A stretch of DNA of 64,000 nucleotides from a virus: the IMG/VR virus record IMGVR_UViG_3300032235_000776, positions 27,959 through 91,958 of that record; one strand, 5' to 3'. The notes under the pieces were generated by a model. That model did no database searches and was not told the origin of the DNA. It worked only from the letters and a program-made list of their open reading frames with translations. How positions within the stretch are numbered: position 1 is the stretch's first letter; the number at the start of each line of letters is the position of its first letter. Below are positions 11,201 to 18,993 of the stretch, one piece after another. A program made the translations under genes and the position numbers.

Positions 11201-12967
11201 TTACATAATTTTAGTAGATGTCATAAGAAGGGTAGAACATCTCAATTAAACTCTCCATTTATTATAAACAATGAGTATTTTTACTTATCAAATAATTCAG
11301 TAATTGATTTCTTTGTAGAGAGTGAAATAAATATTGACTATAGAGATTGGGAAGAACAACCATACTTAAGACACTATGACAGAGATATTTACAATGATTT
11401 AAATACATTATTCAGATCTGATTATCTTGAATATGACAATAGATATCTCTATGATAAATCTTTATCAAAGCAATTAACAGAAAACTATTGCATGACTCAG
11501 GATATTTATTTTGATAAATCTTTATCACAAACTTGTTTCTCAAATTATCCTAATAGAGTATATTGGTCATTACCATATTATAAAGAGCAAATTAAAGATA
11601 GTTGGGGATTTTATTTACCTGGAAACTATTTTGATTTTCCAGGTGTAGCCGGTAAATTAACAGGTGCCAAAGCACTTAACAGAACTAATATATTCTTCTT
11701 ATTTGAAGAGTCTGCTCCTTATTTACATCTTGCTCAGGATACGTTAGAATTAGACTCTGGCCTTAAAGTAACAATTGGAGATGGTGGGTTATTTGCAAAT
11801 CCTCCGGCTCCTATAATGAATACAGATGTTAAATATGGTAACTGTGAATCCAGATTTGCATTAACCAATACCCAACATGGATTATTCTATGCATCTATTA
11901 GACAAGGTAGAATATTTAATGTACAAGCCGGTGGAGGATTAAAAGAAATTTCTCTTGGAGGTATGTCATTCTGGTTTAAGAAAAACATGCCTTATAAATT
12001 ACTTAAGGACTTCCCTAACTACCCATATACCGATAATACTATTATTGGTGTAGGATATCAATCGGCATATGACAATACTGATGAAATCTATTATCTAACA
12101 AAGAAAGATTATAAATTAAGATCTGACTTAGAAGGAACAGCTATCTATGATGTAGCTACCAATAGATTTAGATATACAGTAAGAGGAGTAACTTATACAA
12201 TTAAACTTAGCGATCCAGATTATTTTGATGATGCATCATGGACAATATCTTACTCACCTAAAACAGAGACTTGGATTTCATTTCATGACTGGCACCCAAA
12301 TTCTTTACTCCAGGAAGAAACTAAATTCTGCAGTATCATAACTCCTACAACCGGATCATCAAGTTTATGGAGACATAATGATAGATGCGATGCATACTCT
12401 AATTTTTACAATACTCAATATCCATGGGAAGTAGAATACGTAGTAAATAACGGAATGAAAACTTCTTCTTTACAAAGTATAGAGTACTCATTGGAGTGTT
12501 ACAAATATTACAATGACTGTGATGATAACCATCACCTACTTGATTATAACTTTAATGAAGCTATTATTTCTAATACCGAACAAGTATCTGGTTTATTAAA
12601 ATTAAACCTCCAGGCAAAAAATCAAATGTCTGCAGTGCTTGCTTTTCCAAAAATAAATACTAACTTTATAGATATAGAATATAGTAAAGTAGAACAGAAG
12701 TATAGATTCAATCAATTCTGGGATATTACCAGAGACAGAGGAGAATTCACCGGCAATACAATACAGACATTTATTACAGATGCTGATGGATATCACTCAG
12801 TAATTAATCCTACTTATGTAGATTACAACAAGGCTCCTTTCCAAAGAAAGAAATTCAGACATAACTGGCAAAAAGTTATGCTAAGAAGAACTCACACTGC
12901 GGATGAAGTACAGCCTAAAATGATTCTTAAATTTAATAATAATAAACAAATAATATCACCACGATGA
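8228..12967 (+). CDS. Tail stabilization / muzzle protein (P22 gp10-like position)
   Basis: 1579 aa. Motifs GMIKD, IYFADDLNPNRFLN, GYMRDETYAFG, IRHFKFP, FGGDTY and WTISYSP...WISFHDW are recognisable from crAss-like muzzle proteins. Confidence 0.8.
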   Translation: MDSLDNSVITTLNAGMIKDVDPQLLKEGQYTHAINSQLNSHLGNFSFIQNEPGNRLCLTLPNNLQFLNAIALQNSRFAILSTNSTTSEIGIYDSRTCTYTTVVNDPCLNFQKTNIPKGISKENYDCSETIYFADDLNPNRFLNLGNVPYKYTFADDACKTKIYTTELDCDQMLIDQLINVPCVTISKSQAGGTLVNGSYQVCMAYSINGQIVTNYYSTTNPQPIFTHENLGQAIDVELTNLDPDFSEYQLFLIATVAQQTTVYKVGTYNINTTAVTISSITENTNVPLSDLFLQKVVYTTSRDIISVDNRAMWIGAKTKVELDYQLLANQVTAKWVAYAVPVDYYKNGGSIVGYMRDETYAFGLQWLYNTGDYSQVYPLIGRAAVPSDRTKITNKDAYEFFAKNCEPVKAVERWQAYNTATGAIPAIPASDCKEFVVATGNMAYVESTETYPNNTALYGDLACTPIRHFKFPDECIVPRKVNGNDTQMIILGIQFENIKHPVDSNGNPLTNIVGYRIVRSDRSNNKTILGKGLMFNAGKYDLPVSDKTTIPAIYPNYPFNDLRTDSFLSKTPVKGGTKEKGYTPMGEYLNDYFTFHSPSFSFAKPSFGTELVIEAENYGQTHSQFTDVYGHPKHQMLTDVAFIVAALLGIAEGLYATKDKECESIVLKMINNGVTGTPGTSAGSPAMGAIITGLNNTKTTLDATRTAGNSEVVNNAIKSAEKSAIASAVGALITPGLGGEVTYTSEKCDSLLSSLPEILKIANSVYLFSFYFQQGFQTALNAIRNFGQFQQYALQVNSHCYYNNHACAVEGNKRRYIDNANYLYPAMQDFEGYRVNNFRRESSVLFKLNDTINPPSNKDTSRQTLKESQACDTFEFNAQASSYYGSIRQKLPAQYGQVNSITWLDTGACHVIGTIQKSYSSGPVFGGDTYLNRFSVKRHMHYFNQSEFMENDGHEFNYTNYYNLPYARYWMNTEAFDISSLISLDPKLPNDLHNFSRCHKKGRTSQLNSPFIINNEYFYLSNNSVIDFFVESEINIDYRDWEEQPYLRHYDRDIYNDLNTLFRSDYLEYDNRYLYDKSLSKQLTENYCMTQDIYFDKSLSQTCFSNYPNRVYWSLPYYKEQIKDSWGFYLPGNYFDFPGVAGKLTGAKALNRTNIFFLFEESAPYLHLAQDTLELDSGLKVTIGDGGLFANPPAPIMNTDVKYGNCESRFALTNTQHGLFYASIRQGRIFNVQAGGGLKEISLGGMSFWFKKNMPYKLLKDFPNYPYTDNTIIGVGYQSAYDNTDEIYYLTKKDYKLRSDLEGTAIYDVATNRFRYTVRGVTYTIKLSDPDYFDDASWTISYSPKTETWISFHDWHPNSLLQEETKFCSIITPTTGSSSLWRHNDRCDAYSNFYNTQYPWEVEYVVNNGMKTSSLQSIEYSLECYKYYNDCDDNHHLLDYNFNEAIISNTEQVSGLLKLNLQAKNQMSAVLAFPKINTNFIDIEYSKVEQKYRFNQFWDITRDRGEFTGNTIQTFITDADGYHSVINPTYVDYNKAPFQRKKFRHNWQKVMLRRTHTADEVQPKMILKFNNNKQIISPR

Positions 12968-13488
12968 AAACTTTAAAAAGGATTCTAAAAAATTCATCTA
13001 CAGTAATCACACCTAAGATTGTAGATTTACTGAATTACAGAATTGAACAAGAGGAATATTCTTCTCGTATGTACTTAGCAATGTCTATGTATCTTAATGA
13101 TAAAGGTTACATGGGTGCTGCAAAACTTTGGAAAAAATACTCCGATGAAGAAATGACTCATGCACATTTAGCATATGAGTTTCTTTTAGATATGGGTATT
13201 CAACCTAAGGTACCGGCACTTAAAGCACCACCACAAGATTTTGAAGGACTTGTAGATATTGTATACCAATCTTATGATCATGAGATTGAAGTATACAACC
13301 AATGTTCTGAATTAGCAAAAGTAGCTATGTCAGAAGGAAACATGATGCTATATCCTTTAGCTCTGAGATTAACCGGAGAGCAACAAGAAGAACTTGGTAA
13401 ATTACAAAACTGGATTGACAAAATTGAAACCTTCGGACAAGAGCCTATGCTATTAAGAGAACTTGACGAAGAAATGGGTGAAGCATAA
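12964..13488 (+). CDS. ftnA: Non-heme ferritin (FtnA-like) with short basic N-terminal extension
   Basis: Ferroxidase residues in expected spacing: EQEEYSSRMY, DEEMTHA, HEIEV, EQQEE; 174 aa. Confidence 0.88.
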   Translation: MKTLKRILKNSSTVITPKIVDLLNYRIEQEEYSSRMYLAMSMYLNDKGYMGAAKLWKKYSDEEMTHAHLAYEFLLDMGIQPKVPALKAPPQDFEGLVDIVYQSYDHEIEVYNQCSELAKVAMSEGNMMLYPLALRLTGEQQEELGKLQNWIDKIETFGQEPMLLRELDEEMGEA

Positions 13489-16400
13489 TGAAAAAATTAA
13501 AAAGAGAGATCCCAAAAAACTACTCTTTTTTGGATCTAGTAGCTCCTAGCTATAATCGTGTAAAAATAACTCCTAAATTTGTAGAGGGAGGAGGTACGCC
13601 TATTAAAATGACAGAGCCTACTATGTTTATGCCTCCTCAATCTTTAAACTCAGGTCAGCCAGCATTATTAAATAGTACCAATGAATTTGATTGGAATAAA
13701 CAACGTTTAATAGATCCAGGCAATGCTTTATGGAATGAACATAAAAAGTTATATCCAAATCATAAAGATGGATCAAAATATCATGAGTATTTTTTATGTA
13801 ATTTAAATCCAGATATGTGTGGAGGACCAAATCCACAATTTAGAAATATTAGAAATTCACAAAACCCTGAAATCCAACAACTTGTAAATGAGTTAGATCC
13901 TTTATTTGATAAACCTGATAAAAATTATAGCTATACTTTAGAACAAGCTTTAAGTAGTAGAGCTAGACAATACTATAACAAAGAAGTAGGTTTAGATGCT
14001 GATGAAGTTTTAAATAAATTAAATAAAACAAATTTAACAAGTGATCAACAACAAAAACTACAAAGACTGTATGATTTGTCCCTTAAAGATTCAGGAAATG
14101 AAATTGTATATAATCCAAAAGAAACCAATCCTTATGCTCAATATACTGTAAACTGGAAATCACCATCTCAATGGAATTACCAAAACAAAGCTGCTAAATT
14201 CTATAATGACCAAGAAGCATTTGCAACAGGAATGGACGCTTGGAATAATAGGAATTTAAATACTGATACTGTGCCAAATATTCAAGCACCAGTTGTCAAT
14301 ACACCAACTCCGATTACACCAAAGGTAAATCCAATTAATTTACCTCAAATGCAGTTTCCAAATATGCAATCTAGTAACTTAGAACCTATAGACGATACTA
14401 GAAATACATCTTTAAGAGATTTCAATCCATTTGGAACTCCACAAATTACACCACAAGTACCAAATACTATTGCTACTAATAAAACTACATATCCTATATC
14501 TTTACCTAATTCTCCATTAAATCCAAATTATAAACCACCTGTAAACTCCGGATTTAGTATGACAAATCCATATGATTCTAGTAAAACATATGCAGGAGAT
14601 TGGTTAAATAGATTTAAAGAAACAGAGCGTAATAATAATCCAGAACTATCTCAGGATGAAATAGATAGAATTACTGCGGAAGATAATGCTTTAAATAATA
14701 TTATAGATAGTAACTATGGATTTAATTCTTCTAGTATGCCAAGGGTTAATGAAAATATATCTAATAACCAACTTGCAAATCTTCCTAATCAAAATCAATG
14801 GTCAAATTTACAAGAACCATTACCAGTTCAAAGACCTTCTGAATATGCAGATCCACAGCAAGCAATTATAGGAAGTATTAAAACTGATTTTAAACCAGCA
14901 GATCCTGCAAGTGCAACTTTAGAAAAAACTAAAGACAAAACAGATTCTACAAAAGGATTCAATTATAAAAGGGCTGCTAGAGTTGGAGCATTTAATGCAG
15001 GGTTAAATCTTGCAGGAAACATGTATAACATGTCTAGAATGAGAAATCAAGAAAACTTTAATAGTTTTATTACTCAACAACCAGAAGCTATTTATCCAAA
15101 TAAGAGAATGCTCTATGGGGATAAATCTATGTTTGCAGAATATGGTGGAGAATTTATAAAATATGAAGGGGGAGGAAGTTGGACTGATTATCTAAATCCA
15201 ATGAATTGGGGAGTAGAGGATTATAGTGAATATTCTAAATTTGCTAATGCATATAGAACAGCAAAATCAAATGGTAAGGAAGAATTTCTCTGGAATGGAA
15301 AACGTTATAATACTAAATATGCAGGTACTCCAAGACAAGAAATAGGAATGTATGGGGCAAATGGAAAAAAAGTAAGTCCTAAACAAATGAATAATCCATA
15401 TTTAGTTAACTATTACACTCCAAAATTAGGATATTATTTACCAGGACATATAGAGGCAGCAAATAGAGAAGGGTATGCGGTTAATAATTCATCTAATGGA
15501 AATTCTTCATTTGGAATAGATCCTGCATATGAACCACATAAAGGTAAAAGTTCTTATTTTGTGTATGGGGCTGACTCTGCAAAATTTAGAAACACAGTTA
15601 GTAACTTACCAATGGGAGATTATCAATATCTTTTTGATGAAGAGGAATTAAAAGCTAATAAATTTAATACAGGAAAATCAACATGGAATTTATTAACAAA
15701 TAACTGCGCTGATGGTGTATGTGATGCTTTTGGAATACCTAAATCAGGTAAAGTAACACATCCAGTTTCTACTCTAAGTAAAATATCTAATAAGTATCCT
15801 ACTTTAAATATAACAGGAAGAGATATGGAAACATATGAAAATAAAATAAAAGAATATATAAAAGCAGATAAAAATAATATTTTAAAACAAAGTGAATACT
15901 TTTTAGGTATTGTTAACTCTCCAGAATTTGTAAATGGTAACTCTTCTTATAGAAAGAAAGTTATAAGCGCTATTCAAGATTCTTTACATAAGTCAGGTTA
16001 TAGTTTACCTAATTCACAAAAATCAAATGGTACATTTGATGGAATTATGGGACCAGAAACACAGACTGCGTTACAGAAATATAATCAACAAAGTTCAAAG
16101 AAAAAAGAAAATGGAGGAGAATACCAGGATGAAGATCTTATAGATATATCACATTTAATTCAATTCAAAAAAGGTGGTATTTATATTAAGCCGGAAAACA
16201 AAGGTAAGTTTACCGCATGGGCCCAATCTCACGGAATGTCCGTACAAGAAGCAGCTTCTCATGTAATGGCAAATAAAGAAAAGTATTCTTCTACCACGGT
16301 TAAACGTGCAAACTTTGCAAAAAATGCATCTAAATGGAAACATGAAGATGGTGGACAATATTCTTATGGTGGTCATTATATTCCAATGGATGTTCCATAT

Positions 16401-16685
16401 CTTGCAGGTAAGTTTGTTCCTAACCCAATTGATTTACAAGAATTTAAAAAGGGTGGAATGATTAAGCGTGCAGATGGTTCATATTCTAAAAGAGGATTAT
16501 GGGATAATATCAGAGCTAACAAAGGTTCCGGTAAAAAGCCAACCAAAGAAATGCTTAAGCAAGAAAGAAAAATTAAAAAAGGTTACAAAGCAGGAGGTGA
16601 ATACATGGAAGGTAATGAGTATGAAATCTCTGGAGTAGAATTAGAAAGATTAAGATCTTTAGGATACGATGTAGAAATAATATGA
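13488..16685 (+). CDS. Modular putative internal (cargo) virion protein: GG-delimited modules incl. permuted papain-like domain and peptidoglycan-binding domain
   Basis: 1065 aa. Repeated xxGG motifs, GHIEA...WNLLTNNC, DGIMGPETQTAL (PG_binding_1-like) and basic mini-modules. Confidence 0.65.
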   Translation: MKKLKREIPKNYSFLDLVAPSYNRVKITPKFVEGGGTPIKMTEPTMFMPPQSLNSGQPALLNSTNEFDWNKQRLIDPGNALWNEHKKLYPNHKDGSKYHEYFLCNLNPDMCGGPNPQFRNIRNSQNPEIQQLVNELDPLFDKPDKNYSYTLEQALSSRARQYYNKEVGLDADEVLNKLNKTNLTSDQQQKLQRLYDLSLKDSGNEIVYNPKETNPYAQYTVNWKSPSQWNYQNKAAKFYNDQEAFATGMDAWNNRNLNTDTVPNIQAPVVNTPTPITPKVNPINLPQMQFPNMQSSNLEPIDDTRNTSLRDFNPFGTPQITPQVPNTIATNKTTYPISLPNSPLNPNYKPPVNSGFSMTNPYDSSKTYAGDWLNRFKETERNNNPELSQDEIDRITAEDNALNNIIDSNYGFNSSSMPRVNENISNNQLANLPNQNQWSNLQEPLPVQRPSEYADPQQAIIGSIKTDFKPADPASATLEKTKDKTDSTKGFNYKRAARVGAFNAGLNLAGNMYNMSRMRNQENFNSFITQQPEAIYPNKRMLYGDKSMFAEYGGEFIKYEGGGSWTDYLNPMNWGVEDYSEYSKFANAYRTAKSNGKEEFLWNGKRYNTKYAGTPRQEIGMYGANGKKVSPKQMNNPYLVNYYTPKLGYYLPGHIEAANREGYAVNNSSNGNSSFGIDPAYEPHKGKSSYFVYGADSAKFRNTVSNLPMGDYQYLFDEEELKANKFNTGKSTWNLLTNNCADGVCDAFGIPKSGKVTHPVSTLSKISNKYPTLNITGRDMETYENKIKEYIKADKNNILKQSEYFLGIVNSPEFVNGNSSYRKKVISAIQDSLHKSGYSLPNSQKSNGTFDGIMGPETQTALQKYNQQSSKKKENGGEYQDEDLIDISHLIQFKKGGIYIKPENKGKFTAWAQSHGMSVQEAASHVMANKEKYSSTTVKRANFAKNASKWKHEDGGQYSYGGHYIPMDVPYLAGKFVPNPIDLQEFKKGGMIKRADGSYSKRGLWDNIRANKGSGKKPTKEMLKQERKIKKGYKAGGEYMEGNEYEISGVELERLRSLGYDVEII

Positions 16686-18910
16686 AAAAACTTAAGAAAC
16701 CCAATATTAGAATAGTAGATCACAAGGATGGTGGAATGTCATTCTTTGCAGAAGGTGGAGAAACAGAAAATCCTCCTAAATTATATCCTAACCCTAGTTT
16801 AACATGGGCAAAAGATGTACAAGAATTTGTAAAATCCCAGGATGCTAGAAAAAAAGCTGAAGAAATTGCAAAAGCAGAAGCTGCTAAAACTGCTAATTCT
16901 ACAGAAAGATTTAAACAAAAACCAATTCTAAAAACAGGTAAAACAACAGCATCGGATAATGCAAGAGTAGTGGATCAACAAATAGTAAATCCATATACCC
17001 CAGAAGAATTTGATTATTTTAAAGAAAATAATATCCCAAAAGAATTATATCCATATTATAAAAAACAACTTGATACTTGGAAACAAGGAGATATACAAGA
17101 AGCAGCTAATATAGTCCAAAGAAGAAAAGATGTTGCCGAACAAGCAAAAAAAGATATTGCTAAAGGGCTATATACACAAGCAGTAGCAGAAGATTTATCC
17201 AATGCATACAGAGCATTTCCAGATGATGCAAATAGTTTTTTTGATAATTATATAAATCCTTTTCAACGTGTTTTTAATCCACTTGGAAATATATCTGGAC
17301 ATTTTGCAAGTAATGCAGGACCAATTAATCCATTAGGTTTAGCAATGGATGTTATACCTGCAGCATTGGATATAGCAGGATTAAAAGGAACACAAAGTTT
17401 ATTTAAACCACTTGCAAAAGGTATAAAAAATACTACAACAGGATTTGGAAAAAATGCAGTTAGGTTTAGAAACAACTTACTATCTAATATGGATAGAAGA
17501 CTTACAAATTTTGATAGTGATATTAGTGATGCTGTTTCAAGATATAATAGAAATAGAGTTACTACTATAAATCAACCTAATTTAGAACAAATAAGAAGTG
17601 CATTTCACAATAGAGAAAGAATTTTAAGACCAGAGGAAATAGAACTTATAAACCGTAATGGAGTTGGAATAAGGAGTAATTATGTTTCTACGGATAATAT
17701 TCAATATAATCCGGAAGTTTTTAGAACTAGAGAAAACATTCATACAAATAATCTAAATCAATTAAATTTAGATTCTATTAGTAGACCATTTAATATTTCA
17801 GATGTTATAGATAATGTAAAACCAAAAGTTAGAAATAGATCAGGATTAACAAAAGATGAAGTATTGGAAAAAGCAAATCCTACCAATAAAGATAATATAT
17901 CCAAAATGTCTGAATCACAGTTTGAAAAAACTGTATTAAAACCAAATGGAGAATTAGAAGAATATCAAAATATTATTGAAAATCCATTTGTTGGGAAAAA
18001 TAGTATTTATCCTTTAAACAATGATGATTACGTAGAATTATTTAATTCTAAATTAGATACACTTAATGATATTATAGCTCGTAATAATACATCTGGAATT
18101 GAATATAGAGTTTCAAAATTACAACCTCATGGTGTATTACAATTTGAAACTCCTGCACAAACAATAAAACAAAACATTCCTAATATTAAATATCAAGAAT
18201 TACAAAATTTAAATAAAACAAATAAAAACTTATTAGAAGATTTAAATTACTTAAAAAATAATCCAGATCCTAATGATCCTTGGTATTCAAAAGCACTTGA
18301 TTCTCTAAATAAAAGAATAGAAAAAAATAATAAACTTGTAGAAGAACTTAAAAATGAGCCGGAATATTTATTACAAGATGTAAATATTCCTGCTGGAAAA
18401 AAAGCATGGGGAGTAAATATAAATCCAGGAGAATGGGAAGGAAATGTAGAAGATATTACAAACAAAAGCTACTTAAGAAGAATTCCTGGATTAGAAATGA
18501 ATAATGCTTCTGCTGGGATATTTCCAGATGGTGTAGTAAGAAGAGGAACAAAAGCATATGATTCTATAAATGAATACCTTAAATTATTTAATTTGGGTAG
18601 AGTTAAACCAGGTTTTAATTCTCAGACAGAATATTCTAAAGGATTATGGGAAAATGCTATAAAATCAGGAAAAGCAGTAGGATACTTTAATGATCCTAGC
18701 ACAGTATATGGTTCAATGAAAACAATAGCACCAATTATTGGAGGAGGTCTAATGTACAATTATTTAAATCCAAGTAATACTCCACAAGAAGAATTAGGAG
18801 GAGGAATACAACTTTCAAATAGAATGTATGAGGAAGGCGGAGAGTATGAACTATCCCAAGAAGAAATAGATAGACTTAAGTCACAAGGGTATGACTTAGA
18901 GTTATTATAA
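16682..18910 (+). CDS. Putative cargo/effector virion protein with GNAT-like C-terminal payload
   Basis: 742 aa, no Cys seen. HKDGG/FAEGG at the N-terminus. Shares a C-terminal tag with the upstream protein. RRGTKAY...SQTEYSKGLWE resembles GNAT motifs A/B. Confidence 0.55.
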   Translation: MKKLKKPNIRIVDHKDGGMSFFAEGGETENPPKLYPNPSLTWAKDVQEFVKSQDARKKAEEIAKAEAAKTANSTERFKQKPILKTGKTTASDNARVVDQQIVNPYTPEEFDYFKENNIPKELYPYYKKQLDTWKQGDIQEAANIVQRRKDVAEQAKKDIAKGLYTQAVAEDLSNAYRAFPDDANSFFDNYINPFQRVFNPLGNISGHFASNAGPINPLGLAMDVIPAALDIAGLKGTQSLFKPLAKGIKNTTTGFGKNAVRFRNNLLSNMDRRLTNFDSDISDAVSRYNRNRVTTINQPNLEQIRSAFHNRERILRPEEIELINRNGVGIRSNYVSTDNIQYNPEVFRTRENIHTNNLNQLNLDSISRPFNISDVIDNVKPKVRNRSGLTKDEVLEKANPTNKDNISKMSESQFEKTVLKPNGELEEYQNIIENPFVGKNSIYPLNNDDYVELFNSKLDTLNDIIARNNTSGIEYRVSKLQPHGVLQFETPAQTIKQNIPNIKYQELQNLNKTNKNLLEDLNYLKNNPDPNDPWYSKALDSLNKRIEKNNKLVEELKNEPEYLLQDVNIPAGKKAWGVNINPGEWEGNVEDITNKSYLRRIPGLEMNNASAGIFPDGVVRRGTKAYDSINEYLKLFNLGRVKPGFNSQTEYSKGLWENAIKSGKAVGYFNDPSTVYGSMKTIAPIIGGGLMYNYLNPSNTPQEELGGGIQLSNRMYEEGGEYELSQEEIDRLKSQGYDLELL

Positions 18911-18916
18911 AGAATG

Positions 18917-18948
18917 CTTGGAATACTGAGGTATTTTCCGTATCTTTA
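18917..18948 (+). promoter_or_regulatory. Near-consensus Bacteroidota-type promoter
   Basis: CTTG (18917-18920), 20-nt spacer, TATCTTTA (18941-18948), in an intergenic gap before ATG 18994. Confidence 0.55.
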
Positions 18949-18993
18949 ATTATAATTATTTACCCATAAAAATAAATAATAAAAATTATTAAA

